From an uncultured Acidimicrobiia bacterium (lineage in GTDB: Bacteria; Acidobacteriota; Terriglobia; Versatilivoradales; Versatilivoraceae), in contig CAWBAT010000005.1 of assembly GCA_963786955.1 (NCBI GenBank), positions 1,056,001-1,120,000 of the forward strand: a DNA stretch of 64,000 nt. The letters are read 5' to 3'. Shown in pieces: positions 28,990 through 40,067 of the stretch; position 1 is the stretch's first letter; every line of letters begins with the position of its first letter. The notes under the pieces were generated by a model, which was given only the letters and a program-made list of their open reading frames with translations, searched no databases and was not told where the DNA came from. A program made the translations under genes and the position numbers.

Positions 28990-29907
28990 CTACCAGGGGA
29001 TAGTCAGGTTAAACTGCTTCAACTTCTCCTCGAGTTCCTGTCGTTCCCGATTCCGCTTCAACCCTTCCGAACCGTATGAGACGAGTCCGTAGCTCATGGC
29101 TAACGCTTTGGCCTGCTCAGGCTGGGACGACGTTAACGCCTTGATGATCTCTTCCTCTAAGCGGGAAAGGTGGGTGGCGTGGAAACGATAATCAAGAAAA
29201 GCTTCCCACGCGAAGGGGCACCACTTGCTGACTATTTCATACCCTATCACCCGGCTATATTGGCGAATCTCCAATTGGGCATGTTCGTCCATGCGCAGCG
29301 CCAGGAAATGGAAGAGATTATGCAAATCAATTTTCCAATAGGCTTCCGTGTAGGTGGATAAAGGGAGATCTTTTCTAGCCTGCTCGCGGGCCACTCCGGC
29401 CTGAAGGCGTTCTTCATACAGATCCCGACTCAAACGCTGTAAGTCCCGCTCTTTTTGGGAAAGTTCGGCACCTTTTTCTGAAACGAGGAATCCACCACTG
29501 CCTTGGCGATTTCCTGCCGCCTGGAGCCGCCAGTCCCCTTCTACAGTCGTTTGGGCTGCATCGATCGCTTCCGAATAACGCGTGGAGTACTCATTGACGT
29601 TGGCCGTTCGATGGCGGATCCACTGCCGCCAGCAGTCCATGGGGACTCTGACGTGGAGTTTAATCTCACACATCTCAAAGGGAGTCGTGTGATGGTGTCG
29701 CATCAAATAACGGATGAGGCCCCGATCCTCATGAACCTTTTTAGTCCCCTTTCCGTAGGAGACGCGGGCCGCTTGGACGATAGAATCGTCAGAGCCCATA
29801 TAGTCGATCACCCGCACAAATCCGTCATCCAGGACTTTGATCGGAATACCCAGCATTTGATCCAGGCCGTCCACTACCACGCGTTCCATTTTATCAAGTT
29901 CGTTCAT
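28990..29907 (-). CDS. thyX: FAD-dependent thymidylate synthase
   Basis: AARVSY, HTTPFE, RHRTANVNEYSTRY, AREQAR, HAQLEIR. Confidence 0.96.
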   Translation of the reverse strand: MNELDKMERVVVDGLDQMLGIPIKVLDDGFVRVIDYMGSDDSIVQAARVSYGKGTKKVHEDRGLIRYLMRHHHTTPFEMCEIKLHVRVPMDCWRQWIRHRTANVNEYSTRYSEAIDAAQTTVEGDWRLQAAGNRQGSGGFLVSEKGAELSQKERDLQRLSRDLYEERLQAGVAREQARKDLPLSTYTEAYWKIDLHNLFHFLALRMDEHAQLEIRQYSRVIGYEIVSKWCPFAWEAFLDYRFHATHLSRLEEEIIKALTSSQPEQAKALAMSYGLVSYGSEGLKRNRERQELEEKLKQFNLTIPW

Positions 29908-29940
29908 TGAAAATCCTTTTTCTGATCGTCTGGGTCCCCA

Positions 29941-31824
29941 TCATGACTTCAACACCAGCTCATTAATCCGCGCTCGATACTTCTGATACATCATAGAAAC
30001 CACCAGAAGAAGAACGCCCAATCCGATGGAAGCAACAATCCGGTAGATCTTTTCCATCTGTTGAAGGTCAAACAGGAACACTTTGAGAATTGTGACTGCA
30101 AAGAGAAGAATTGCCATGATTCGAATGGAACGAAACCGACGGATGATACCGATCGAGACTAGAATGATCGAATAAAGCCCCCATAAGCCAGAAATAGCCA
30201 GTTGCATCCGGCTGCGAATTTCTCGCCGCAGGCCCCGATTTTCGATCTGGTAATAATCGCGCTCGAAGTATCGTGACACTTCAGTCGTCAAGAAGAAGAG
30301 CATGAGGAAATTGGCCAGCACAACCAATCCGGCCATGAGCCCGTGTTCCGTCTCGTCTAAGCATTTGGAATAGCGGGTATAACAATGCGCCATAGCAAAT
30401 ATACCCACCACCCCGAACAAAAAAGTTAGCCCGCGTGGATTCACAAGAAATGTATAGTCGTCTGCCAATCCGTCCCTCGAAGGGTTGTCGAAAAAAAGAA
30501 GACGAATCGTAAACAAGAAAACAACGATCAGAGCGGCCCAGCGGGTGTAGCGATTGTCGAAGCGAAACCCAACCCAGCATAATGCAAAAGCCTCTATTGT
30601 CCAGCCAATGCTAATCCAGTTCTTCTCCAATTGAATGGGGATTGCCAAGGTCAGAAATGTCAGAGATAGCCCCAGAAGTACGAGCGACAATTTAGAGTCG
30701 GTCGAGGAACGTCGAAGCAGAGAGGAACCGATCCCAAGATAGAAAATCGCGAGGCAAATTGTATAAAGCCCCAAAGAATGGAAGTATTGGGCCTCATAAA
30801 GGGCATAGGTCCAGAGGAAGTACAGGAGGCCGTTGGCGGCGACGAGCCAAAGATCCCAAAATTTTGTCTTCTGCTTGTGAGTGAAGCTGTAAAGGAGTGA
30901 GGTGACCGCAAAAATTAAAAAGAAAAGGGTCAGAAAGCCTTCTGTTTGCCATAGTTTGCTTTCATCGTAGTAGCTCAGGCTCCAGGCGAGGGAAACCAAA
31001 TGCGTGAAAAGAAAGGACAACAGGCTGAGCCCACGCCAATTCTTGAAATAAGCGAGTGAAAGAACACCTAAGTCCAGTAGTGCGATGTAACAAAAAAGAC
31101 CGACCTGATTGTCCCTTCCCGAACTCAAAAGAGATGGAGTGAGGAAGCCCCCGACCGTTGCGAAAATCGCAATAGTCAACGAATCATGGCGAACGGAGAT
31201 CACCACTGCTGTCGTCGTGATCAGGATCATGATGAAAAGGGCGGGTAATTGGGAAAGCAAGTTATAGAAATTGAAGGCGGCAAATATTGAGAAATAGAGG
31301 ATGGCGATTCCGCCGCCTTGCACGGTGATCGAATAGCCGCGGTATCTTCTTCTCTGAAGGACCTCTCCCCAACCCAGGAAACCCAAACCTGTAAGGATAC
31401 CAATGATCACTCTCCCCATTTCCCCTATCCATCGATTTTCGATGGCATACTTCAGAAAATAGGACATTCCGAGAAGGATTGCCACCATACCAATCTTGTT
31501 CAAAACATTGCCGCCGATGGTTGACTCCAGCGACTCTTGCTGAGAGGCGACAGACGTATGAGTCGCCCTACGATCTTCGCTTAATTGCGGGTGCGCTCCC
31601 CGTCCTGCCGAGGCTGGATGCGGCTCCTGGGTTCCAGCGTCTTCGATCTTAGGCAGCGGGACTTGTGGTGTGTGTAGGATGCCCGTGGAACTCCGCAATT
31701 CCGAGGAGGGGAATGCCCATTTTTCAAGCGCATGAGTTCGCTGAATCAACGCTTGAATTAAATCCTCGAGGCGATCCAGGCGTTGCTGGAGTAGTTTTAG
31801 CTGATCCTCAGGACGGTTGGCCAT
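29941..31824 (-). CDS. DUF2339-like multi-pass membrane protein
   Basis: LESTIGGNVLNKIG, FLKYAIEN.WIG, GGFLTP.LLSSG, KVFLFDL..RIVASIGLG. Confidence 0.8.
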   Translation of the reverse strand: MANRPEDQLKLLQQRLDRLEDLIQALIQRTHALEKWAFPSSELRSSTGILHTPQVPLPKIEDAGTQEPHPASAGRGAHPQLSEDRRATHTSVASQQESLESTIGGNVLNKIGMVAILLGMSYFLKYAIENRWIGEMGRVIIGILTGLGFLGWGEVLQRRRYRGYSITVQGGGIAILYFSIFAAFNFYNLLSQLPALFIMILITTTAVVISVRHDSLTIAIFATVGGFLTPSLLSSGRDNQVGLFCYIALLDLGVLSLAYFKNWRGLSLLSFLFTHLVSLAWSLSYYDESKLWQTEGFLTLFFLIFAVTSLLYSFTHKQKTKFWDLWLVAANGLLYFLWTYALYEAQYFHSLGLYTICLAIFYLGIGSSLLRRSSTDSKLSLVLLGLSLTFLTLAIPIQLEKNWISIGWTIEAFALCWVGFRFDNRYTRWAALIVVFLFTIRLLFFDNPSRDGLADDYTFLVNPRGLTFLFGVVGIFAMAHCYTRYSKCLDETEHGLMAGLVVLANFLMLFFLTTEVSRYFERDYYQIENRGLRREIRSRMQLAISGLWGLYSIILVSIGIIRRFRSIRIMAILLFAVTILKVFLFDLQQMEKIYRIVASIGLGVLLLVVSMMYQKYRARINELVLKS

Positions 31825-31884
31825 ATTGAGGGTTCACTATAGATTCGCGAGGAATTGAAGTCAAGCGAGGGGGCACGCGTCCTA

Positions 31885-31945
31885 CAAAGGTGTAGGCCGG
31901 GTCACTGACCCGGCGTTAACGTTATCGAATTTCTGAAACGCAGTA
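31885..31945. repeat. GTAG-type REP-like repeat (inverted copy at 53194-53254)
   Basis: caaaggtgtaggccgggtcactgacccggcgttaacgttatcgaatttctgaaac closely matches the reverse complement of 53194-53254. Confidence 0.8.
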
Positions 31946-33091
<1,146 letters not shown>

Positions 33092-33106
33092 TTAATCCAT
33101 TTGCCA

Positions 33107-33155
33107 ACAAAAAAAAATCGGTGAGAGCCCTGACTCTCACCGATTCTGGAAATTA
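33107..33155 (-). terminator. Riboswitch expression-platform terminator
   Basis: Minus strand AATCGGTGAGAG-TCAGGG-CTCTCACCGATT followed by a long U-run, about 35 nt before the start codon. Confidence 0.88.
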
Positions 33156-33182
33156 AGGTTAAGAATATAATTTCAAAAGCGG

Positions 33183-33358
33183 CAAGATAGCGCTCCACCC
33201 TGACTCTCTCAGAGTGACAGTTGAAGAGATCTTGTCTCAGCAACCAACCTCACTGATGCCCAAACCAGTGAGATTTCGGCGACAGCCCCTTTCCTTCAAG
33301 TTCATCGACTCAGGCGGTCTCACTTGAAGTACTCTTGGCGGTTCGCACCTCTATCTCA
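33183..33358 (-). ncRNA. Lysine riboswitch (L-box) aptamer
   Basis: Minus strand GAGATAGAGGTGCG..AAGAGTA..GAAAGGGG..GCCGAA..TTGG..CTGTC..GGAGCGCTATCTTG matches the conserved L-box elements, with P1 pairing. Confidence 0.9.
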
Positions 33359-33994
33359 AAAACGCACTCAGTATAAATCATTCCGCAAAAAAAAACCAGC
33401 GCCGGCCTTCGCGGATATTGGGTCCGTTTCCAGTTTCGCTATATTACGCCAGTAGGTCAACATTAACGAACCCGACCTCCAATGTTGAAAAAATCGAAAG
33501 GAATGAGACGCCACCGCTTGCAGTCCCGCTTTTTTGATGACCCGCAATTGGGCTCAGCCAAATACCGTCTACGTTAAATCGGAATGAGACTTCGCTTTAA
33601 ATGAACCTGGAGGATATTTAAGCGCCACAGGTGACCACAAAGCAACAAACCTCTAAACTTCCTTTTTCTCCAGGGTTAAAGCGTTCGCTAAAGTATGCAG
33701 TGATACCCCTCTTCCATTCCAGCGAGTACATCCCCCTCAATCGCCAGTCCTCCTGCCGGATGAAACCCTGTCGTCCTTCATTTCTTTTGCGTAAGAAATG
33801 CTATCAGTATGGAAGAACTACGTTGCCAACTCGATTGATTCTCCATTAACCCTTTGTGGAAGATTGTGGTTAGGATTGGAAGGAGATTTGCTTCACTCAT
33901 AGAACGCTCTCCTGACAGAGTGGTGGAAGAATTCTATCAGGAGGAGCGATCTTTTCTCTATGGATGAAAACAGGTTCAAGCAAACGAGGATAAA

Positions 33995-34774
33995 TTGATG
34001 AAACTGGTCCCTGACCTGCTTGTTCTCAGCGGCGTTAAGCGTGGATACACCGATATGCGCCGTCCATCAGCGCACGAATGCTCCTCCTGTCATTCAACTT
34101 CAAAGGGTATTTTCTGTGATCTCAACAACTCTGTGCTCGGGGAACTTTCAAAACTCCGACAATGTATTATGTATCCTCCAGGGTCCGTTGTATTCATGGA
34201 AGGCGAGCAGGCGCGGGCTGCTTACTGTATTTGTTCTGGACGCCTCAAGCGATCCAGCAGTTCAGCAGAAGGACGAGTGTTGATTCATGGATTTTCAACC
34301 CCAGGGGATGTCTTGGGGGTCCGTGCGCTATTACTGGGAAAACCCCATGATCTAACGGCCGAGGCTGTTGAAGCGACCGAACTATGCCTCTTTCCAAAGG
34401 ACGAATTTATCCCCTTCATCAAACAAAACGGGGACATTAGCCTGCGAGTGGCTCAGAAACTTAGCCTTGACCTTTATGAGGCCTATAGACGAGTTCGCGG
34501 AACAGCTCTCAAGGGTTCTTCAGAGCGGCTGGCAGAACTTCTGCTGAGATTGTGTCATTCTCACGGCAAAGCTACGCCCAAAGGGATAAGCCTCGATGCC
34601 AATTTGTGCCAGGATGAGCTGGCCGCCCTCCTCGGAATTTCAAGACGAAGCCTAAACCGGTTGCTGGCAGAACTTAGAGTCCAGGGCGTCATTGAATGCC
34701 GCAGACGTTCCATTCTGGTACGCAACATTACCGCTCTCCGCAATCGCCTGTCTTTAGTAGAGCTTCCTGCATAA
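33995..34774 (+). CDS. Crp/Fnr family regulator with N-terminal Cys cluster
   Basis: CSSCH..IFC, cNMP-like barrel (PGDVLG), ERLAELL, HTH QDELAALLGISRRSLNR. Confidence 0.88.
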   Translation: MMKLVPDLLVLSGVKRGYTDMRRPSAHECSSCHSTSKGIFCDLNNSVLGELSKLRQCIMYPPGSVVFMEGEQARAAYCICSGRLKRSSSSAEGRVLIHGFSTPGDVLGVRALLLGKPHDLTAEAVEATELCLFPKDEFIPFIKQNGDISLRVAQKLSLDLYEAYRRVRGTALKGSSERLAELLLRLCHSHGKATPKGISLDANLCQDELAALLGISRRSLNRLLAELRVQGVIECRRRSILVRNITALRNRLSLVELPA

Positions 34775-34934
34775 AATCTCCCAAGCACCACTCTTCCAGC
34801 ACCTGTGGTTTTGAGCCAGATGGCACAAAACCTCTGGGACAACTGGCCTTGTTCCGGCCTCTTCCTTTAAGTTATTAATAAGCCATCATCGCATTTTAAG
34901 TGCAGGAAACTCTCATCTGAGGAGGGAAGAGTCT

Positions 34935-35306
34935 ATGAAGCTCATGCATCTTTGCAGCAAGGGGAGCTACATTCTTGTAGGGCTTTGGGTGATCTTCGTC
35001 TGGACTATTGTGTGCTGGGGTGATGTGTCTGCGCCGTACCAGCGTAACATTATTGACATCCAGAACACAAAACCGGGACAACGGCCTATCAAAACCTTTT
35101 CAGTGACGAACACGGCGACCTGCCCGCCGACTAATCTGCAAACCGACCCGGCTTGGACGCAGGCCAACAACGCCAGCCAGCTCGGCGTTGGCGAACTGAA
35201 GGCAGAGATGCTGGGAGATAAATCGCGTGCTTGGAGGGTAGGCATTGCCCGCGCACTTTTTCAGTATTTCTTATGCCCCAAAGGAGGGGGCAAATCCATG
35301 CCGTAG
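34935..35306 (+). CDS. Small protein or gene fragment resembling the beta-domain of the downstream OmcA/MtrC-like cytochrome
   Basis: YQRNIIDIQNTKPGQRPIKTFSVTN..TDPAWTQ..ASQLGVG parallels FQYNVENV..KVIFSVTNP..DLPF..GSLTIDIGW. Confidence 0.45.
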   Translation: MKLMHLCSKGSYILVGLWVIFVWTIVCWGDVSAPYQRNIIDIQNTKPGQRPIKTFSVTNTATCPPTNLQTDPAWTQANNASQLGVGELKAEMLGDKSRAWRVGIARALFQYFLCPKGGGKSMP

Positions 35307-35382
35307 TTGTGCATTCCGGTGAAAAGCATCTACAAGTATCAAACATTTCAACCATCGCTTGGCGCGAAAGGAAGGTGTTCTT

Positions 35383-36822
35383 ATGAAGTCATCCATTGCA
35401 TTGCACAAGACCGGTAACGGCATTCTGTTTGCTGCGATGTTGCTCGTCATGTCTCAAACAGCGTTTAGTCAGAACCCGCCCCCAGCTTGGGGTTTAACTA
35501 AGTATTTTCAGTACAACGTTGAGAACGTCCTTGTTAATACAACCATTACTGGCACCTGGAACGTGAAGGTCATCTTTTCGGTAACCAATCCCAACCCTGG
35601 CCCCAGCGTCCCGAACAACACATGGGATATCAAAAACGATCTGCCTTTCAAAAGCACGGGCGGTAGCTTAACGATAGATATTGGATGGGATTCCACGGAA
35701 TTCACTAATACCGGGAGCGTACCCGTAATAGGGACACCCTCACTAGTGCCTCGCCTTACTGCCTTGGATCCAGTAGTCACTACCAGTCTAGGGACGGGCG
35801 CGGCCTATCCGATCCAAATCCGAGGTCTCGTAACGGGCGCCAACGCGTGCGCCAGCCTGGCAGATTGCCCGGGGGCGGTGTCTCTTACCAACCGGTTCTG
35901 GATCTCACGGACCGTAACCCCATTGGTATTCAAGGGGGCGGTAACTATCGGACGAATTGGAATGGAAGGCCATCCGGTATGTAATGGCCTACCAGGCTGC
36001 CCCACGACCATTGCACCGTTTGCGAATATCCCGGTCCGAAGCGCGGTCGCAGACTTCTCGTTCACGGCTACCGCGACACCCACCTCTGCAGTGATTGCGG
36101 ACCCACGGCGACCCATCGTGGACTTCAACAGCAAATGCAATGGCTGCCATAACGGGAGCACCCTCAGCGGAAACGGAACCCTGATTCCCCGCCTCAGCCT
36201 GCATGGTAATAATCGCAACGAGAACCTGGCGCTCTGTGTGATGTGCCACAACCCCAATCAGACCGATGTCCCATTCCGCGTCATCACTGCAGACCCCAGA
36301 ACTTCAGGCCCCGAGACACCCGTTGACTTCAAAAGAATGGTTCATGCCATCCATGCTGGCGGGTTCCGGCAGACTCCGTGGGTCATTATCGGATTCAACA
36401 CTTCGATCAATGATTATAGCGTGGTGCGCTTCCCCAAGAGTTTGAGGAACTGCGTGAATTGCCACTTGGATAACAACGGGAAAGGCACGTTCGAACTCCC
36501 GCTCAAAAACACGGTTCTGGGCACCACTGTGAACACTGGCAGCCTGTATGCCGTAATGCAGGGGGCCAGCCGCACCATCGACGTCAACCCCTCTAACGAC
36601 CTGAAGATCACTCCCATAGCCGCAGCCTGTTCTGCCTGCCATGATAATAGCGAAGTGCGATCCCACATGATTCAAACTGGTGGCGCTTCTTTCTCCACGC
36701 TACAGGCGAACATCGGTTCCAAAGTCATCGAGCGCTGCCCAGCCTGCCACGGACCTGGAAAAGAAAAGGATGTCAGGAAGGTTCATGAAATCCCTACTTC
36801 CGGCACATCTCACGACGACTAG
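35383..36822 (+). CDS. OmcA/MtrC-family multiheme cytochrome c with five hemes
   Basis: CNGCH, CVMCH, CVNCH, CSACH, CPACH; PRRPIVD, LHGNNR, CHNPNQTD, DFKRMVHAIH, SHMIQTGG; signal peptide. Confidence 0.85.
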   Translation: MKSSIALHKTGNGILFAAMLLVMSQTAFSQNPPPAWGLTKYFQYNVENVLVNTTITGTWNVKVIFSVTNPNPGPSVPNNTWDIKNDLPFKSTGGSLTIDIGWDSTEFTNTGSVPVIGTPSLVPRLTALDPVVTTSLGTGAAYPIQIRGLVTGANACASLADCPGAVSLTNRFWISRTVTPLVFKGAVTIGRIGMEGHPVCNGLPGCPTTIAPFANIPVRSAVADFSFTATATPTSAVIADPRRPIVDFNSKCNGCHNGSTLSGNGTLIPRLSLHGNNRNENLALCVMCHNPNQTDVPFRVITADPRTSGPETPVDFKRMVHAIHAGGFRQTPWVIIGFNTSINDYSVVRFPKSLRNCVNCHLDNNGKGTFELPLKNTVLGTTVNTGSLYAVMQGASRTIDVNPSNDLKITPIAAACSACHDNSEVRSHMIQTGGASFSTLQANIGSKVIERCPACHGPGKEKDVRKVHEIPTSGTSHDD

Positions 36823-36842
36823 AAAGAATAGGAACCCATCGC

Positions 36843-36886
36843 AAAGCGCGGGGAAATGGTTCCTCCCCGCGCTCTGCTCTTTCTGG
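36843..36886 (+). terminator. Putative intrinsic terminator
   Basis: AGCGCGGGGA..TCCCCGCGCT hairpin with a weak T-tract. Confidence 0.55.
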
Positions 36887-37181
36887 TTCGATCACCGGGG
36901 GCTTATGACACCATTTGCACCAAAAGCGTGTGCGGCGCTTCCGCAATCTACTGTTGGTGCCTGGCCCTCAACATTTTATTGGAAAACACTTGCTCTCCGT
37001 TTTGGGGCTAACTAGAATTGGTGAAGCCAAGTTTTGGCTGTAGCCTGTTGTTGCCTAAATCTTTCCACGAACCCGACCCACAATTGATGACGGAACCGCC
37101 AGTCGTAGAGTCATATTCTTCAAAAACTGATCGAATAACTAATGTCTGTCAAGACGTCTCGGTCCGCTGAAAGCAGTCCTT

Positions 37182-38363
37182 ATGAGCAAGACTGAAACCG
37201 ACTATTCCTGGGCGCAATACCTGGATTACATGGAAGGCGTTCCCATGGTTGTGCGGTTGCAACCGACCATGAGGGAGGAAAAACCCGAATGGCTGGGCTG
37301 GGGAGTTGTGGTCGTTGGGATACTAACAGCTTTAGCAATTTGGTTGAGTGAACTCCAGGTTTGGCCCTTCACACTGAAGGCGGGTAAGCATCCTATTGAA
37401 CCCGTCATGTTGGCAATTATCACCGGAATGCTCGTTAGCAACCTTTGGACCTTGCCCAATTCATGTTCGCCTGGAATCAAATTTTCGATCAAGAAGCTTT
37501 TACCGCTCGGCATTATACTGCTCGGTGCCAGGCTCAATTTCTTTGACATCGTTCGCGTAGGGTTGATGGGTATTCTTCTGAGCATCATTGAGATTATCGT
37601 GGCGCTTTACTTGCTGCTCTATCTAACCAGGCGGATGAAGCTTCCACCGAAGCTAGGGACACTGTTGGGCGTGGGCACGGCCATCTGCGGAGGCACAGCC
37701 ATTATTGCTACCGCACCTGTGATTGAAGCAGAGGAAAAGGATGTGGTCTTCAGCGTAGCGACTGTTACCCTACTTGGGCTGCTGGCAATGTTTACCATGC
37801 CTCTTGTGGGCAGTTTTCTTCATCTTTCTTCAAAGGCCTTTGGCGTCTGGGTAGGGCTGGCCATCCACCAGACCCCCCAGGTGGTGGCATCCGGGTTTGC
37901 TTACAGTCCAGAGGCGGGTGAAACCGCCACGATCACAAAACTCGCACGCGTCTGCCTCTTGGCACCTGTGGTCTTTTTTCTGGGAGTCATTCACGTTCGT
38001 GACAAATATCAGCGTGGGGACACGACGGTTGGTCGGAAGATCAACTATCTTGGTATGTTTCCCAAATTTGTACTCGGATTCCTGGGGATGGCGCTGTTAC
38101 GCACTCTTGGTCTTATACCCGATCTGACAATCCATTTGACACAAGCGGTCTTATTGGGTCGATTCGATTACAGTGTCAACCTTGCCAACTTCGCTCAAGA
38201 AATCTCGAAGGGATGTATCATCGCCAGCATGGTTGGGGTGGGGTTGGAAACAAGGTTTTCTGCCATGCGACAGACAGGCCTTCGACCTTTCCTGGCCGGG
38301 TTGTTCGGTGCGACAGTGATTGCAGTAATGGTATTAGGCGCCGTCACGTTCTTAAGGTTGTAG
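37182..38363 (+). CDS. YeiH/PSE family putative sulfate/sulfite exporter
   Basis: GIILLGARL, GTAICGGTAIIA, G.AIHQTPQVVA, TKLARV..L.P. Confidence 0.88.
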   Translation: MSKTETDYSWAQYLDYMEGVPMVVRLQPTMREEKPEWLGWGVVVVGILTALAIWLSELQVWPFTLKAGKHPIEPVMLAIITGMLVSNLWTLPNSCSPGIKFSIKKLLPLGIILLGARLNFFDIVRVGLMGILLSIIEIIVALYLLLYLTRRMKLPPKLGTLLGVGTAICGGTAIIATAPVIEAEEKDVVFSVATVTLLGLLAMFTMPLVGSFLHLSSKAFGVWVGLAIHQTPQVVASGFAYSPEAGETATITKLARVCLLAPVVFFLGVIHVRDKYQRGDTTVGRKINYLGMFPKFVLGFLGMALLRTLGLIPDLTIHLTQAVLLGRFDYSVNLANFAQEISKGCIIASMVGVGLETRFSAMRQTGLRPFLAGLFGATVIAVMVLGAVTFLRL

Positions 38364-38574
38364 GCGTATGAAAATGAGGAGTCCTGGCTCTCCCGTGCCC
38401 CAAAAAGGGCAGGACGGCCCCATCTCGGTCGTGGTGGGGTCACTCGGGATGATAAACAAAAAAAAGCCCCAACGGAGGCGATCGGTTGTATATTTATGCC
38501 ATCCAGTAAGCTAAATTGGAAGTCCTTGCAAATCCTAATGTCTCGACTTTCACGATTCAAGATAGGAGCCCGCA

Positions 38575-39807
38575 ATGGTAGAACGGCTAAACGATGAAGT
38601 CTGGACTGCGGGAGACCTACTCGTACGGCTGGAACATCGCGACAAATTCTTCGTCCTTGATGTGCGCAATCGCGATGAGTTCGAGAGGTTTCGACTCGAA
38701 GGCCGCATCCCGGTGCCCGCCATCAATATTCCCTATTTCGAGATGCTCGAACTTGGCGGCAAAGACGAAATGTTGGACTCCGTCGTCGCTTACGTCGAGC
38801 GGGACCTCGCGGACCAGCTTCCCTCTGATCTGCCGATCCTTGCGGTATGCGCCAAGGGCGACACTTCGGAGTTCGTCGCGCAAGGGCTGCGCCGCCTGGG
38901 CTACGCCAGCGCCAACCTTAAGGGTGGGATGAAAGCCTGGGGTGAGTACTATGCGACCCGCGCTCTGGTCGAAGGTCCCGATCTGGCAATCTACCAGGTG
39001 AGCCGGCCCGCGCGAGGGTGCCTGAGCTACGTGGTGGCAAGCGCGGGGAAGGCAATCGTGATCGATCCCCTCCGCCACCTCCATCCTTATCTGGACTTGG
39101 CTCGCGGTAAGGGCCTCACGATCGAAGCGGTGATTGACACCCACGGCCACGCGGACCACATCAGCGGCGGACTTGCTCTCGCCGCCAAGACCAGTGCTTC
39201 CTACTACCTGCATCCGCACGACGCCATTCATCCTATCGACGTGCTGCCCGCGACTTTTCCCTATGAGTTCATTCGTGACAGCCAGATGTTCCCGGTCGGA
39301 CACCACCAACTCGAGGCGCTCCACATCCCCGGCCACACACTCGGTCAGGTTGCGTTTCGGCTCGACGACAAATACCTCTTTACTGGTGACAGCATTTGTA
39401 TCCGGTCCATTGCGCGGCCGGATCTTGGTGGGAAGGCCGGAACCTGGGCGCCCTTGCACGGCCGTTCACTGCGCAAGCTTCTTGGCCTCCCGGGAGGCAT
39501 TACCGTGTTGCCCGGACACTTCAGCAGCCTTAATGAAGCGGACGAGACGGGACGCTTCGCGGCGTCGCTTGACGATCTGAAAAAGCGGAATGACGGCCTT
39601 GTCGTGCTTCAGCGGGAGAGCGAGGAAGGATTCGTCCGCTATCTGCTTGGAAACCTTCCCAAGTTCATTCCCGAGTACGTGGACATCAAGCGTGTTAATG
39701 CGGGATTGTTGGCGCCCACGGAAGAAGACGCCGCAACGCTGGAGTTGGGCAAGAACGTTTGTGCCATTTCGCAGGCAATCTTAGCTTCCAGTGGAGGAAT
39801 ACCATGA
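38575..39807 (+). CDS. Rhodanese + metallo-beta-lactamase-fold (persulfide dioxygenase-like) fusion
   Basis: LDVRN..EF, CAKGDTS, LKGGMKAW; GCLSY, DTHGHADH, PGHT, TGD, RPDL. Confidence 0.88.
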   Translation: MVERLNDEVWTAGDLLVRLEHRDKFFVLDVRNRDEFERFRLEGRIPVPAINIPYFEMLELGGKDEMLDSVVAYVERDLADQLPSDLPILAVCAKGDTSEFVAQGLRRLGYASANLKGGMKAWGEYYATRALVEGPDLAIYQVSRPARGCLSYVVASAGKAIVIDPLRHLHPYLDLARGKGLTIEAVIDTHGHADHISGGLALAAKTSASYYLHPHDAIHPIDVLPATFPYEFIRDSQMFPVGHHQLEALHIPGHTLGQVAFRLDDKYLFTGDSICIRSIARPDLGGKAGTWAPLHGRSLRKLLGLPGGITVLPGHFSSLNEADETGRFAASLDDLKKRNDGLVVLQRESEEGFVRYLLGNLPKFIPEYVDIKRVNAGLLAPTEEDAATLELGKNVCAISQAILASSGGIP

Positions 39808-40055
39808 GCCAGGACTTCGATAAGTTACTCGACGCACGCGGCCTCAATTGCCCGATGCCTCTGGTCAACGCACGCAAGGAGATTGGCAAGCTTGAGCTTG
39901 GCCAGGTGCTCAAGGTCGTGGCCACGGATCGGGGCTCTGTGGCAGATTTTCAAGGCTGGGCCAAGGTTGCGAAGAATGTGGCCCTGGTCGGCCAGGAGAC
40001 CGAGTCCACGGACGGGGCCAATGTGTACGTTCACTACGTAAAGAAAACTGCGTGA
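39804..40055 (+). CDS. tusA: TusA family sulfur carrier
   Basis: LDARGLNCPMP, ATDRGSVADF; overlaps the upstream stop (ATGA). Confidence 0.9.
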   Translation: MSQDFDKLLDARGLNCPMPLVNARKEIGKLELGQVLKVVATDRGSVADFQGWAKVAKNVALVGQETESTDGANVYVHYVKKTA

Positions 40056-40067
40056 GGAGGAAACAAT

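Noticed and set aside
38617-39459. Long antisense ORFs (also 6501-7196, 41577-42233, 8419-9000)
   Set aside because: They are shadow ORFs of GC-rich genes on the opposite strand, with no motifs.
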